Notes: a model not told the origin generated them from the letters alone. Numbered from the stretch's first letter, positions 1-8,178 are shown. The stretch is 11,666 nucleotides of DNA from Vulcanimicrobiales bacterium (GCA_038215615.1 JBBQQR010000035.1:1-11666); one strand, 5' to 3'. Numbers and translations: made by a program.

Positions 1-143
1 GGATGGATCGTGTCGCCGCGAAAATCGCGTAAGAAGTCCGCGTGTTTCTCAAGAACGGCGACTTCGATGCCCGCGCGCGCCAGCAAAAATCCCAGCACCA
101 TGCCCGCCGGACCGCCGCCCGCAATCGCAACCTTAACGTTCAA
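1..143 (-). CDS. FAD-dependent oxidoreductase/monooxygenase (UbiH/PheA-like FAD_binding_3 family), 5' part; runs off the left edge
   Basis: Not in the ORF track. Manual translation from TTG at 143 gives MNVKVAIAGGGPAGMVLGFLLARAGIEVAVLEKHADFLRDFRGDTIHP, with a Rossmann GxGxxG motif, the acidic residue of 'VLEK' and the family 'DFRGDTIHP' motif. GGAG lies about 7 nt upstream. Overlaps the end of murI by 11 nt. Confidence 0.9.
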   Translation of the reverse strand, partial: MNVKVAIAGGGPAGMVLGFLLARAGIEVAVLEKHADFLRDFRGDTIH

Positions 144-897
144 ACGATAGCTCCGGCAAGTTGCCGAGCACGTTTGTCACCGCAATGCGAAATCGCTGGG
201 GGTCGCCGCTCGTGATGCACGTTATCAGTCCGGTCCCGGCCGCGAAACCCTGGTCTCCCGCGATCGCGGCAGCGCGTTCGGCATGCACGATGGCCGGATC
301 GATTCGCGCGACGCGCTCACCCAGGGACGCCGCAAAATGCTCGTCCAGCAGCGGATAGTGCGTGCACGCAAGCAAAACCGCATCGAGGTCGTGCGGCAAT
401 TGGGCGCAAACCGCCGCAACGGTCGCCCGCGGTTCGGGTCCTTCGAGTTTTCCCGCCTCGACCAGGGGTACGAGCGCGGGCGCCGCGACTTCGAAAACGT
501 GCGCGCCCGGAACGCGGCTCGTAATTATCTGCGTGTACGCGCCGGTTGCGGTCGTTGCCGCGGTCGCGACGACTCCAACGCGCTTATAGCCCGCACTCTC
601 AACAGCAATCGCTGCCGATTCGATGAGGTCCAGAATCGGCGCTTTCGTTGCAGGCCAACCCTCTCGCGCCGCCGTCGCGCACGACGTGTTACATGCCATG
701 ACGATCGCGTCGACGTGCCGCCCATCCAAGAACGCTACGTTCGCATGCAGCAACTTCACCAGTTCGGCCGGCGATCTGTCGCCGTACGGCACGTGCAGCT
801 GATCGGCGAAGAAAACGATGTCTTGCTGCGGCAGCCTTTGGCTCAAGCGCTGCAATACCGTAAGTCCGCCCAGCCCCGAATCGAAGAGTCCTAACAC
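133..897 (-). CDS. murI: Glutamate racemase
   Basis: N-terminal 'GLFDSGLGGLTV', 'PYGDRS', and both catalytic cysteine motifs 'ACNT' and 'ACTHYP'. 254 aa is the typical length. Confidence 0.96.
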   Translation of the reverse strand: MLGLFDSGLGGLTVLQRLSQRLPQQDIVFFADQLHVPYGDRSPAELVKLLHANVAFLDGRHVDAIVMACNTSCATAAREGWPATKAPILDLIESAAIAVESAGYKRVGVVATAATTATGAYTQIITSRVPGAHVFEVAAPALVPLVEAGKLEGPEPRATVAAVCAQLPHDLDAVLLACTHYPLLDEHFAASLGERVARIDPAIVHAERAAAIAGDQGFAAGTGLITCITSGDPQRFRIAVTNVLGNLPELSFER

Positions 898-905
898 GGA
901 GCCGG

Positions 906-2429
906 TTAGTTGCTCTCGGTATAGTCGACGATGCCGTCCGCGATCGCCTGTGCAATTTTCTGCCGCCAGCTCCCCGATTGCAGCAGCGCAAAGTCGTCCG
1001 GATTCGAAATATAGGCGGTTTCGACGAGCGCCGCCGGCATGAGAGCGTGATTGACGACGTAGAGTTTGTCTTTGATGACGCCGTTGTTGTTGATGCCGAG
1101 TTCGGAAGCGATTCGCCGGCTCACGGATTGCGCCAGCGTCAGATCGCCGGCTTTATAATAGTAGGTCGCCACACCATGAGGCCCGGAGTTCACGTAACTG
1201 TTCACGTGGATGCTGACCAGGAGCCTTGCTCCGCGCGAATTCGCGACGTCGTCGCGCGCTTGCAACTCGTCATGCGCGGAATCGTTGGCCGCGAAGACGT
1301 CGCGGTCGTCTGTTCGCGTCATCACGACTTGCCAGCCGCGCGCAGCGAGAATGTCGCGAACGCGTTTGGCTATGTCGAGCGTTAAACTCTTCTCCAGCAA
1401 GCCGCCGCGCACGGCCCCCGGATCGCTCCCGCCGTGGCCTGGATCGATCACGATGAGATGCGGATTCATCGGCACGTACCGCGCCGCGGGCGATGCGCCG
1501 GGACTGGCGAGCGGTGACGCGTTTGCCGTTACGATGCTTCCGAAGGTTCCGGAACCACGCACGGCGGCCTCGACAATCTGGGACGAAACGACGATCGTGA
1601 TGCCGTCATTGCCAGGCGACACGTCAACTTGCTCGGAAGCGGGCATCGAAAGCGCGATGCGTACCGTATCTGCGGGCTGCTGTCGCACGCGGACTGAAGA
1701 GACCAGCGCGCCGCCGTTCTGATCGATCGCCGCGGTCGCGAGGTGCGCTGTGTGCACGTCGATCCACCAGCGGTTGTCCGGAGCGCGCAGCCGATGCCAT
1801 TCATACGCGCCGTTTCCGGCGATGCCGACGCGTATGGTCACAGAGCCCGGCTGCGCTTGCACGTCGACGCCGGTGACTTGCGCGAGTTGGTCGGGCTGCG
1901 GCGAGGGCATCGGCGTTGCAAAAGGCGGCGGCGTCGGTGCAGGCGCCACATCCGCGGTTGAGACCGGAACCGGAACGGGAGCGGAAGTTGCGGGCGCGCC
2001 GCCCGCGGGATCCGGCGAAAACGCCGGCAGCCTCAGCGCGCGCAGAACGTCGTTGAGTGGAACGAAGGCATGCCCATCGCGGACGAACGGTGCGAACGCG
2101 GCCGGATGCGAAACGGATCCGATCAGATAGTGGGCGTCGCCGATCGCAAAGCTGATGACCGTTGGCCCCGGAAACGTTACGAGAACGTATTGATTGTCCG
2201 CGTCCCAGGTCACGGAGCCGCCCGCATTTCTTACGAGTTGGCGCAGTCCGGGATCGTCAGCCGAAACGGCCGGCCCACCGATTGTGTGCAGCAGTGTTTC
2301 AAAGACCACGCGTTTTCCGTCGTAGGCATAGGGCGCATTTTCGGCAGCATTTGCAACCGCCGAGAGCCCAAGTCCAACGCTGAGGGCTAAAGCGAGAACG
2401 CTACCAATCCGAACGGCGTAACGGTTCAT
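906..2429 (-). CDS. Secreted N-acetylmuramoyl-L-alanine amidase (signal peptide, copper-amine-oxidase-N-like/stalk domain, Pro-rich linker, AMIN domain, Amidase_3)
   Basis: Signal peptide ending 'ANA-A'. Zn-ligand and catalytic motifs 'IDPGHGG', 'EKSLTL', 'SIHVNS' and 'LVETAYISN'. AMIN-like segment 'RLRAPDNRWWID...SVRVRQ...TVRIAL'. Overlaps the upstream GerMN gene by 29 nt. Confidence 0.93.
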   Translation of the reverse strand: MNRYAVRIGSVLALALSVGLGLSAVANAAENAPYAYDGKRVVFETLLHTIGGPAVSADDPGLRQLVRNAGGSVTWDADNQYVLVTFPGPTVISFAIGDAHYLIGSVSHPAAFAPFVRDGHAFVPLNDVLRALRLPAFSPDPAGGAPATSAPVPVPVSTADVAPAPTPPPFATPMPSPQPDQLAQVTGVDVQAQPGSVTIRVGIAGNGAYEWHRLRAPDNRWWIDVHTAHLATAAIDQNGGALVSSVRVRQQPADTVRIALSMPASEQVDVSPGNDGITIVVSSQIVEAAVRGSGTFGSIVTANASPLASPGASPAARYVPMNPHLIVIDPGHGGSDPGAVRGGLLEKSLTLDIAKRVRDILAARGWQVVMTRTDDRDVFAANDSAHDELQARDDVANSRGARLLVSIHVNSYVNSGPHGVATYYYKAGDLTLAQSVSRRIASELGINNNGVIKDKLYVVNHALMPAALVETAYISNPDDFALLQSGSWRQKIAQAIADGIVDYTESN

Positions 2430-2916
2430 CGAGCTCGAAACTCCCTCCGTTCAGCGTCGCAACTTTGCTCCCGGCCACTCGCACCGCGACGCGGTCAATT
2501 CCGGGCAGCGCGGTCAGTGTCCATATCAGCGCTTTAAACTCGCCGCTTTCATTCAGGGCGCCGCCGCCCGGGTGGTTGACCTCGAGCGAAAGATCCACGG
2601 TGGCGGTCGTACCGTCAACGCTCGCGGAGAGCACGCGGGTTCCGGCCGGAAAGCGAATCGCCGTTACGTCCGCCGGGGGTCCGGTAACTGCTTGCGACGC
2701 CGCGTACAGCGCGAGGTACTGCGCATAGGCTGCGGCGCTTTCACCCGGCTGCTGCGCGCGCGACGAGATCGTCCATGGGATCTCTGATTGTGCATCGACC
2801 TTCGAATAATAGATCGTGACTTGGCCCGGCGAGGCGCGGTGCGACGAAATATACCAGGCGATTGCGGCGACCGCGATCAGCAGCGCTAGGAGAAAAAAAA
2901 TCCGTGAGTTTCTCAC
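2401..2916 (-). CDS. GerMN domain-containing membrane-anchored protein
   Basis: N-terminal TM anchor. 'GPPA...FPAGTRVLSASVDGTTATVDLS...GG...E...ALIWTLTALPGIDRVAVRVAG' matches the GerMN (Germane) pattern. Confidence 0.9.
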   Translation of the reverse strand: MRNSRIFFLLALLIAVAAIAWYISSHRASPGQVTIYYSKVDAQSEIPWTISSRAQQPGESAAAYAQYLALYAASQAVTGPPADVTAIRFPAGTRVLSASVDGTTATVDLSLEVNHPGGGALNESGEFKALIWTLTALPGIDRVAVRVAGSKVATLNGGSFELDEPLRRSDW

Positions 2917-2929
2917 GGGCTCAAATCTT

Positions 2930-2960
2930 CGTCAGGAGGGGCCATTCGGCCCTCCTGACG
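2930..2960. terminator. Strong intergenic hairpin downstream of the S53 peptidase (possible terminator or mRNA stabiliser; overlaps a candidate promoter of the GerMN gene)
   Basis: CGTCAGGAGG(G)GCC-ATTC-GGCCCTCCTGACG forms a 13-bp stem with one bulged base, 7 nt past the peptidase stop codon. There is no real U-tract on the minus strand (GAAGATTTG follows). Confidence 0.5.
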
Positions 2961-2967
2961 GTGTGGT

Positions 2968-4284
2968 TTAGAAAGCGGCGGCGCCGTTGGGCGTGCCGTT
3001 TCCGGTCGGACCGTCGTAGCCGGTCTTGCCCGTGCACAGGTAGCTGCTTGCGCAGCTTCCGTTACTGCCCGACGTCACGTCGAACAGTGAGCTGAGATGT
3101 CCGTACGGATACGATCCGTAGTTCACCGAGCTGCCGTTCCCGGCGAGCGCGTACACCGACGCGATAACCGTCGATGCGACGCTCGTGCCGCAGAAGACAA
3201 TCAAGCAGTATGCTCTTTGATACGGGGTACTGTCGTAAACGGCGACGCCGGTACTGGGATTCGCCACGGCCGAGACATCGGCCACGGTGCGCCGCGCGCA
3301 GCCCGTGTCGGTTTGCCACGACGGCTTAGCCTCATAAGCGCTACAGCCCGAACCTGCGCCGCTCCAGACCGTTTCGTTCCAGCCTCGCGCATTGCTCGCG
3401 CGCGAAAGCGACGTACCTCCGACCGCCGTAACATACTGCGATGCCGCCGGATACTGCACGCCGTAGCCGCTGTCGCCGGAGCTCACCGTGATGGCATGTC
3501 CCGGGTGGTTGTAGTACGCGTCGTACGTCGTCGTTTCGGCCGAGCTCTCACCGCCGCCATAGCTGTTGCTGATGGCATTGGCGCCGAGCGACGCGGCAGT
3601 GTTTACCGCGGCGCCGAGGTCGGCGAAGCTCGCGCTGTTCGATTCAACCAGCAAGATGTGGCAGTTCGGGCAGATCGCCGAAACCATGTCGATGTCCAGC
3701 GAAATCTCTTGACCCCAGCTCGCATTTGCCGAAGGCGACGTGCTTCCGCCGGTTTGATTGACTTTCTTGAAGCAACCATTCGCGGTCGTGCAAGGCGCCA
3801 ATCCGTATTGCGTGCGATAGACCGCGAGATCGTTTTCCGCGCTCACGTCGTCGTATGCGTCGACGATCGCGACGGTTTGTCCGGTTCCCGCAGTGCCGGA
3901 GGGCAAGCTATACGCAGACTGTAGATCGCTTGGGCCGTAACCGGACGGATTTCCCGGCGGCGGCGAGGGCGTGGGCGATTGAACCGGCGTGGAAGTCGGC
4001 ACCGGAGTCGGGCGCCGATCCGGCGAGACGCTCAGCGGTTCGAGGACCGGAGGCTGGCCGTACAGCCCGTGATAACCGTTCGGATCGCCGCCACCTACGT
4101 CGGTGCGAACGAGCGAAAAACAGCGCGCGAAACCTTCGGCCGCCGCGCCACACGATGCAAACGTGGTGGATTGCGGCGCCGCCAACTGCGTGCCGCCCGG
4201 AATCGTATTGTTAGAAACACCCGAACAAGCAGCGAGCGCAAACGCTGCCGCAGCTCCCAAAGCGAGCACGATTTTCTTGTGCAA
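2968..4284 (-). CDS. S53 (sedolisin/kumamolisin-like) serine peptidase, predicted lipoprotein
   Basis: Start reassigned to TTG at 4284 because GAGGAG lies just upstream. Lipobox 'LAAC' puts Cys at position 20. Motifs: catalytic 'EISLD' (Glu/Asp), oxyanion 'SSGDSG', nucleophile 'GTS' (Ser codon 3181-3183) and the Ca-site-like 'DVTSGSNG...GYDGPTGNGTP'. A Pro/Thr-rich linker precedes the catalytic domain. Confidence 0.88.
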   Translation of the reverse strand: MHKKIVLALGAAAAFALAACSGVSNNTIPGGTQLAAPQSTTFASCGAAAEGFARCFSLVRTDVGGGDPNGYHGLYGQPPVLEPLSVSPDRRPTPVPTSTPVQSPTPSPPPGNPSGYGPSDLQSAYSLPSGTAGTGQTVAIVDAYDDVSAENDLAVYRTQYGLAPCTTANGCFKKVNQTGGSTSPSANASWGQEISLDIDMVSAICPNCHILLVESNSASFADLGAAVNTAASLGANAISNSYGGGESSAETTTYDAYYNHPGHAITVSSGDSGYGVQYPAASQYVTAVGGTSLSRASNARGWNETVWSGAGSGCSAYEAKPSWQTDTGCARRTVADVSAVANPSTGVAVYDSTPYQRAYCLIVFCGTSVASTVIASVYALAGNGSSVNYGSYPYGHLSSLFDVTSGSNGSCASSYLCTGKTGYDGPTGNGTPNGAAAF

Positions 4285-4431
4285 CGGAAACTCCTCAAGG
4301 AAAGAAGCAAGCAAATTAAGGGGTCCGCCCAGACTTAAATCAGTCGATTTCTCCAGGCGAACGAGTCTCCTGTTGCAGCGTACGACATCCTAGCTCAATC
4401 TTAACTCGCGCGATTAGCGGGAGGCTTGAGA

Positions 4432-6339
4432 CTAAGCCGCGTCTCCGGTACTGACCGGCAAGACCACGGCGATACTGTTGCCGCCGTTATGGCGAACTTC
4501 GACTGAGCGCGCCAAGCTGCGCACCAAATGCAGGCCCCGTCCGTTCGGTGAGAGCGCATCGGGCATCGCGCCAGCTTCGTTTTCAAAAGGTTTGCCGTTG
4601 TCGTGTACCGACAGGCGAACCTCGCCATCGTGAAACTCAAGACCGACTTCAGCTTGGCCCGGCGTATGCTGCGCCACATTGCTCAGCAATTCGCCCAATA
4701 TCAGCTCGACGCCCGAAAGGTCGGATCCAGCGCGGACGCGCGAAGAGAGATCCCATAGGACGGCGCGCCGCACCCGGTAAGCGGCTCCTTGCTCGCGTAC
4801 ATCCAAAGTCCATGTAATTTTTTGTTGAGAATTGTTCACGCCAAGATTCGTGATGCCCACGAAGAGCACGGCTGAATCATCGACAGGCTCGACATTGGCG
4901 AGAATGCGATCCTTTACTCGATCGGCGATGTTTTCCGACGTCATCGCACCGTATTCCGTTTTCACCGCTTCGATCAGATCGTTCATGCCGGCGAAATAAT
5001 CGCGGCGCACTTCGATCAGGCCGTCGGTAAAGCCAACCAGCGCTTCGCCCGGACGTAACTCTGCATCAAAGCTGAGATATTCGGCGCGCGGATCGACGCC
5101 GAGGATCAGCCCCTCGCCGGTCAGCTGCTCGACTTCGGTGCCGGAGTGCACGACGAGCGGCAGCGGATGCCCGGCAACTGCATAACGCGTTTTACCGTTG
5201 CGCATGTCAATGGTCGCAAAAAACGCCGTAACGATCACGCCGGCTTCGTCCGCGCAGAGCGCGCGGTTTACGCGATCCAGCACTGTGCCCGGATCGTTGC
5301 GCACCCGCGCTGCGATACGAATGGCTTGGCGAACCGAACCCATGATGGCAGCCGCGCGCAAACCGTGCCCGGCTACATCGCCGACGCTGATCCCAACGGT
5401 GGTTTCATCAAGTTTAAAAACGTCGTACCAGTCGCCGCCTATCTCCGCGGCGTGCGCCGCCGCCGCGTACGCCGTATCGATGCGCAGACCCGGAATTTTC
5501 GGCAGCTCCTGCGGCAGGAGCGCACGCTGCAAAGTCGAGGCTATGTAATGCTCGCGACGGTACGCCGAGAGCGTGTCGTGTATGCGCTGCGCCATTTCGT
5601 GATAGATGCGATCGAGTTCGGCAATCTCGTCATTGCCGCTCACCGGTGTCGTCGACTGGCCGGCGCCCAAGAGTTCGGCGTTTTGCGCGAGGGCACGCAG
5701 CCGCCCGGCAATGTTTAGACCGAACCGGCCTGTAGTCAGCAAAGTCAGCGCAATTCCCGCCAACGTTCCGATCAATAAGATGCGCACGTACAGCGCGATC
5801 TGATCGCGCAGCGCGCGCGAACGAACGCTCGTCCCCTGCCGGACCGTACGGTCGAAATTCCCTTTCATCATTTGAAAATTCAAGCCGAGCGCGCGCGCGG
5901 CCGGAGATGCGGCATACCGCCGCGCCCGCGCAGCGTGCCCGCTGCGAATATCTCCGAAGTACGTATTCAGTACCGCGAAGACCCTGTCGACAACAGCGAC
6001 GTACTGTGCGGCTTGGACCTTCTGCGCCGGTGCCGTCACCATCCTCACCAGCTGATGCGCCTGCGCCCGGCCGGCTGCGGATTTCAGGCGGTAGGCGTCC
6101 AGGGACCTCACGCTCGGATGCGCCGTATAATCGACAATCGCTTGATTCGCGCCGTTGACCGATTGCTCGATTTTGTCGGACAGATCCAAAATGCCGGTCG
6201 CATGCGCGGCCCACGCGGAGAGCTCCGCGCTGCGGGCGTTGAGCAGCATGACCACCGCCATGAAGCCCAGCAAAAACACCAACGGGACGATGCTTAAAAG
6301 AATCGCCTGCGACTGGATCTTCGAGCGTACGAGTGGCAA
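4432..6339 (-). CDS. Membrane sensor: TM, extracytoplasmic helical (CHASE3-like) domain, TM, HAMP, SpoIIE/PP2C phosphatase, C-terminal RsbW-like HATPase
   Basis: Two hydrophobic helices flank a sensor region of about 150 aa. HAMP 'NDEIAEL'. PP2C motifs 'LQRALLP', 'IGGDWYD', 'GDVAGHG', 'FTDGLIE' and 'DD'. HATPase N/G1/G2 boxes 'ELLSNVAQH', 'HDNG' and 'GRGLHLV'. The exact start codon is uncertain. Confidence 0.88.
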   Translation of the reverse strand: MPLVRSKIQSQAILLSIVPLVFLLGFMAVVMLLNARSAELSAWAAHATGILDLSDKIEQSVNGANQAIVDYTAHPSVRSLDAYRLKSAAGRAQAHQLVRMVTAPAQKVQAAQYVAVVDRVFAVLNTYFGDIRSGHAARARRYAASPAARALGLNFQMMKGNFDRTVRQGTSVRSRALRDQIALYVRILLIGTLAGIALTLLTTGRFGLNIAGRLRALAQNAELLGAGQSTTPVSGNDEIAELDRIYHEMAQRIHDTLSAYRREHYIASTLQRALLPQELPKIPGLRIDTAYAAAAHAAEIGGDWYDVFKLDETTVGISVGDVAGHGLRAAAIMGSVRQAIRIAARVRNDPGTVLDRVNRALCADEAGVIVTAFFATIDMRNGKTRYAVAGHPLPLVVHSGTEVEQLTGEGLILGVDPRAEYLSFDAELRPGEALVGFTDGLIEVRRDYFAGMNDLIEAVKTEYGAMTSENIADRVKDRILANVEPVDDSAVLFVGITNLGVNNSQQKITWTLDVREQGAAYRVRRAVLWDLSSRVRAGSDLSGVELILGELLSNVAQHTPGQAEVGLEFHDGEVRLSVHDNGKPFENEAGAMPDALSPNGRGLHLVRSLARSVEVRHNGGNSIAVVLPVSTGDAA

Positions 6340-6340
6340 G

Positions 6341-7264
6341 TCAGGGAGTGTTCGACAGGAAGCCCGCGATTTCAGCCGCCAACAGGGCGTTGCTCTTCAC
6401 AAGCGCCACGTTGGCCGCCAGACTGCGCCCCGACGTAAGCCGTCCAATCCGCTCGAGCAACCACGGCGTGACGGCCTTGCCCCGGACGCCTGCCTCTTCC
6501 GCCTGTGCCGATGCGGCAGATATGAACGGCTCCATTACCGCGCGCGGTATTTCATTGGCCCGATCGATTGGATTGGCGATCAACGCGCCGGAGCTCAATC
6601 CGAGCGTGCGCTGCGTTTGAACGAACCGCGCGATCTCTTGCGCAGAGTCGTATCGCAGCGGCGCCGGTAAACCGCTTTCGCGGCTCCAGAATGCCGGAAA
6701 TTCGTCGCTTTGATAAACGAGCGCCGGAACGCCCAGCGTTTCGAGCATTTCGAGCGTGGCCGGCAGATCGAGAAGCGCTTTTGCTCCCGCGCATACAACC
6801 GTGACCGGCGTGCGCGCCAATTCGTACAGGTCCGCTGAAATATCAAACGTTCGTTCCGCGCCGCGATGCACGCCTCCGATCCCGCCCGTCGCAAAAACGC
6901 GCAGGCCGGCAAGGTCGGCGAGCAGCATGGTTGCGGCAACCGTCGTCGCCCCGTCGCTATGGGCGGCAATGGCATGCGGAAGATCGGCTCGACTCAATTT
7001 CAAGACGTCACTCGCGCGCCCCATCCTTTCGAATTCGTCTTCGTTCAAGCCGACTTTCACGCGGCCGCCGATCACGGCGATCGTTGCCGGCACGGCGCCG
7101 CCTTCGCGGACGATGCGCTCCACGGCGAGCGCAGTTTCCAGGTTCTCGGGATACGGCATGCCATGTGAAACGATCGTGCTCTCGAGCGCGACAACCGGCG
7201 CGCCGCTCGAAAGTGCACGAGCAACGTCAGCCGCTACCTCGAAATAACCTGGCAGCGCCCTCAC
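6341..7264 (-). CDS. psuG: Pseudouridine-5'-phosphate glycosidase
   Basis: Motifs 'VALESTIVSHGMPYPEN', 'KLSRADL', 'ATTVAATM', 'FATGGIGGVHRG', 'DISADL', catalytic 'GAK' and 'GKAVTPWLL'. Start reassigned to GTG at 7264, which overlaps the psuK stop as GTGA (307 aa). Confidence 0.96.
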   Translation of the reverse strand: MRALPGYFEVAADVARALSSGAPVVALESTIVSHGMPYPENLETALAVERIVREGGAVPATIAVIGGRVKVGLNEDEFERMGRASDVLKLSRADLPHAIAAHSDGATTVAATMLLADLAGLRVFATGGIGGVHRGAERTFDISADLYELARTPVTVVCAGAKALLDLPATLEMLETLGVPALVYQSDEFPAFWSRESGLPAPLRYDSAQEIARFVQTQRTLGLSSGALIANPIDRANEIPRAVMEPFISAASAQAEEAGVRGKAVTPWLLERIGRLTSGRSLAANVALVKSNALLAAEIAGFLSNTP

Positions 7265-8178
7265 GATGAGCGCGCCGCAATGTGGCGATCCACTAGCGCG
7301 GAAGAGAGATCGGCGCGGACGCTGCGATCGGTTTCCAACGTCAATGCCGCAAGTGAGGCGCCGGTGTGCCCCGCATCGCGCAAACGGTCGCCGGAAATCA
7401 GCCTCCACAAGATCCCGGCGACGAGCGCATCGCCGGCCCCGGTCGCGCACACGTGATGGGCCGGAGTTGCGGGAACGTGCGTCAGCCCGGTATCGTCGCC
7501 GCAGATCATGCCTCGTTTGCCTCCGGTGAGCACGACGGAGCGCGCACCGCGCGTGAGCAGCGCAGCCGCCAGGTCTTCCGGCGGCTCGCCGCCGGCCGCG
7601 CCAAGATAGGCGCGGGCTTCGCCTTCATTTATAAAGAGCACGTCGATCGGGTCCAGTCGCGCCGGCAGCCGCTGCGCTTTGGGTTCACTGACCGCGTCCA
7701 CGGCGAGTTGGTACGAAGCGATCGAGCTGCGCGCTAAGCACGCCTGGAGTATGCCTGCACTCACGTTGCAGTCGACGAACAGCCACGCCGAACCGGCCAA
7801 CGCTTCCCAGCGTCGGTCGAGGTCGTCCACGGTCAAGCTTTCGATCGCGCGCATGTCAGCCGCGCCTAATGCCAATTCACCGCGCTCGAGGATTGCGGCG
7901 TATTCGTCGGACGCTCCGTCGATGATCTTGACAAGGTCGACGTTAACACCGGCCGCGCGAAGTTCGTCGAGCAACGCTTGCCCCAAAGCGTCGTTCCCCA
8001 CAGCGGTAAAAAGCGCGGACCGGATCGTCAGCCGCGCTAAATTTTCGCTCACATTACGCGCGACGCCGCCGAACAACGGCAACGCACGCGTAGCCGGATT
8101 CGAGGAACCCGCTAGTGCGCTGCCTTGCACGCGATAGCTGCGATCGACGCATGCGCCGCCGATGCATGTGACCTGCAT
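7261..8178 (-). CDS. psuK: PfkB-family kinase, probable pseudouridine kinase
   Basis: 'IGGACVD', 'SNP', 'GGVARNVSENLARL', 'VGND..G', 'NEGE' and the anion-hole 'TGAGDA'. Translationally coupled to psuG. Confidence 0.85.
   Translation of the reverse strand: MQVTCIGGACVDRSYRVQGSALAGSSNPATRALPLFGGVARNVSENLARLTIRSALFTAVGNDALGQALLDELRAAGVNVDLVKIIDGASDEYAAILERGELALGAADMRAIESLTVDDLDRRWEALAGSAWLFVDCNVSAGILQACLARSSIASYQLAVDAVSEPKAQRLPARLDPIDVLFINEGEARAYLGAAGGEPPEDLAAALLTRGARSVVLTGGKRGMICGDDTGLTHVPATPAHHVCATGAGDALVAGILWRLISGDRLRDAGHTGASLAALTLETDRSVRADLSSALVDRHIAARSS

Noticed and set aside
1890..2010. Pro-rich repetitive stretch in the amidase (also 3955-4020 in the peptidase and the Thr runs at 9380-9430)
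   Set aside because: These are low-complexity protein linkers, not DNA repeat arrays. There is no repeat-spacer periodicity, so they are not CRISPR.
2893..2900. A8 homopolymer near the start of the GerMN gene as a phase-variation tract
   Set aside because: It is short, in frame and encodes Ile-Phe-Phe of a TM anchor. Nothing indicates slippage.
3166..3216. Diversity-generating retroelement variable region in the peptidase
   Set aside because: There is no template repeat or reverse transcriptase in the window, and the changes are at G/C positions rather than adenines.
4285..4431. Riboswitch or ncRNA in the intergenic region upstream of the peptidase
   Set aside because: Only weak imperfect stems (TTAAG...GGG-CGGA-CCC-CTTAA on the minus strand) are visible, with no recognisable aptamer consensus. 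An Rfam/Infernal scan would settle it.
6341..7263. Possible Sec readthrough at the TGA stops of psuK (7261-7263) and psuG (6341-6343)
   Set aside because: Both occur at normal family C-termini, and the downstream genes are in different frames.
7265..7450. 62-aa Arg-rich N-terminal extension of PsuG
   Set aside because: It is an off-frame reading of the psuK 3' end. Homology starts after the GTG at 7264, which forms a GTGA overlap with the psuK stop.
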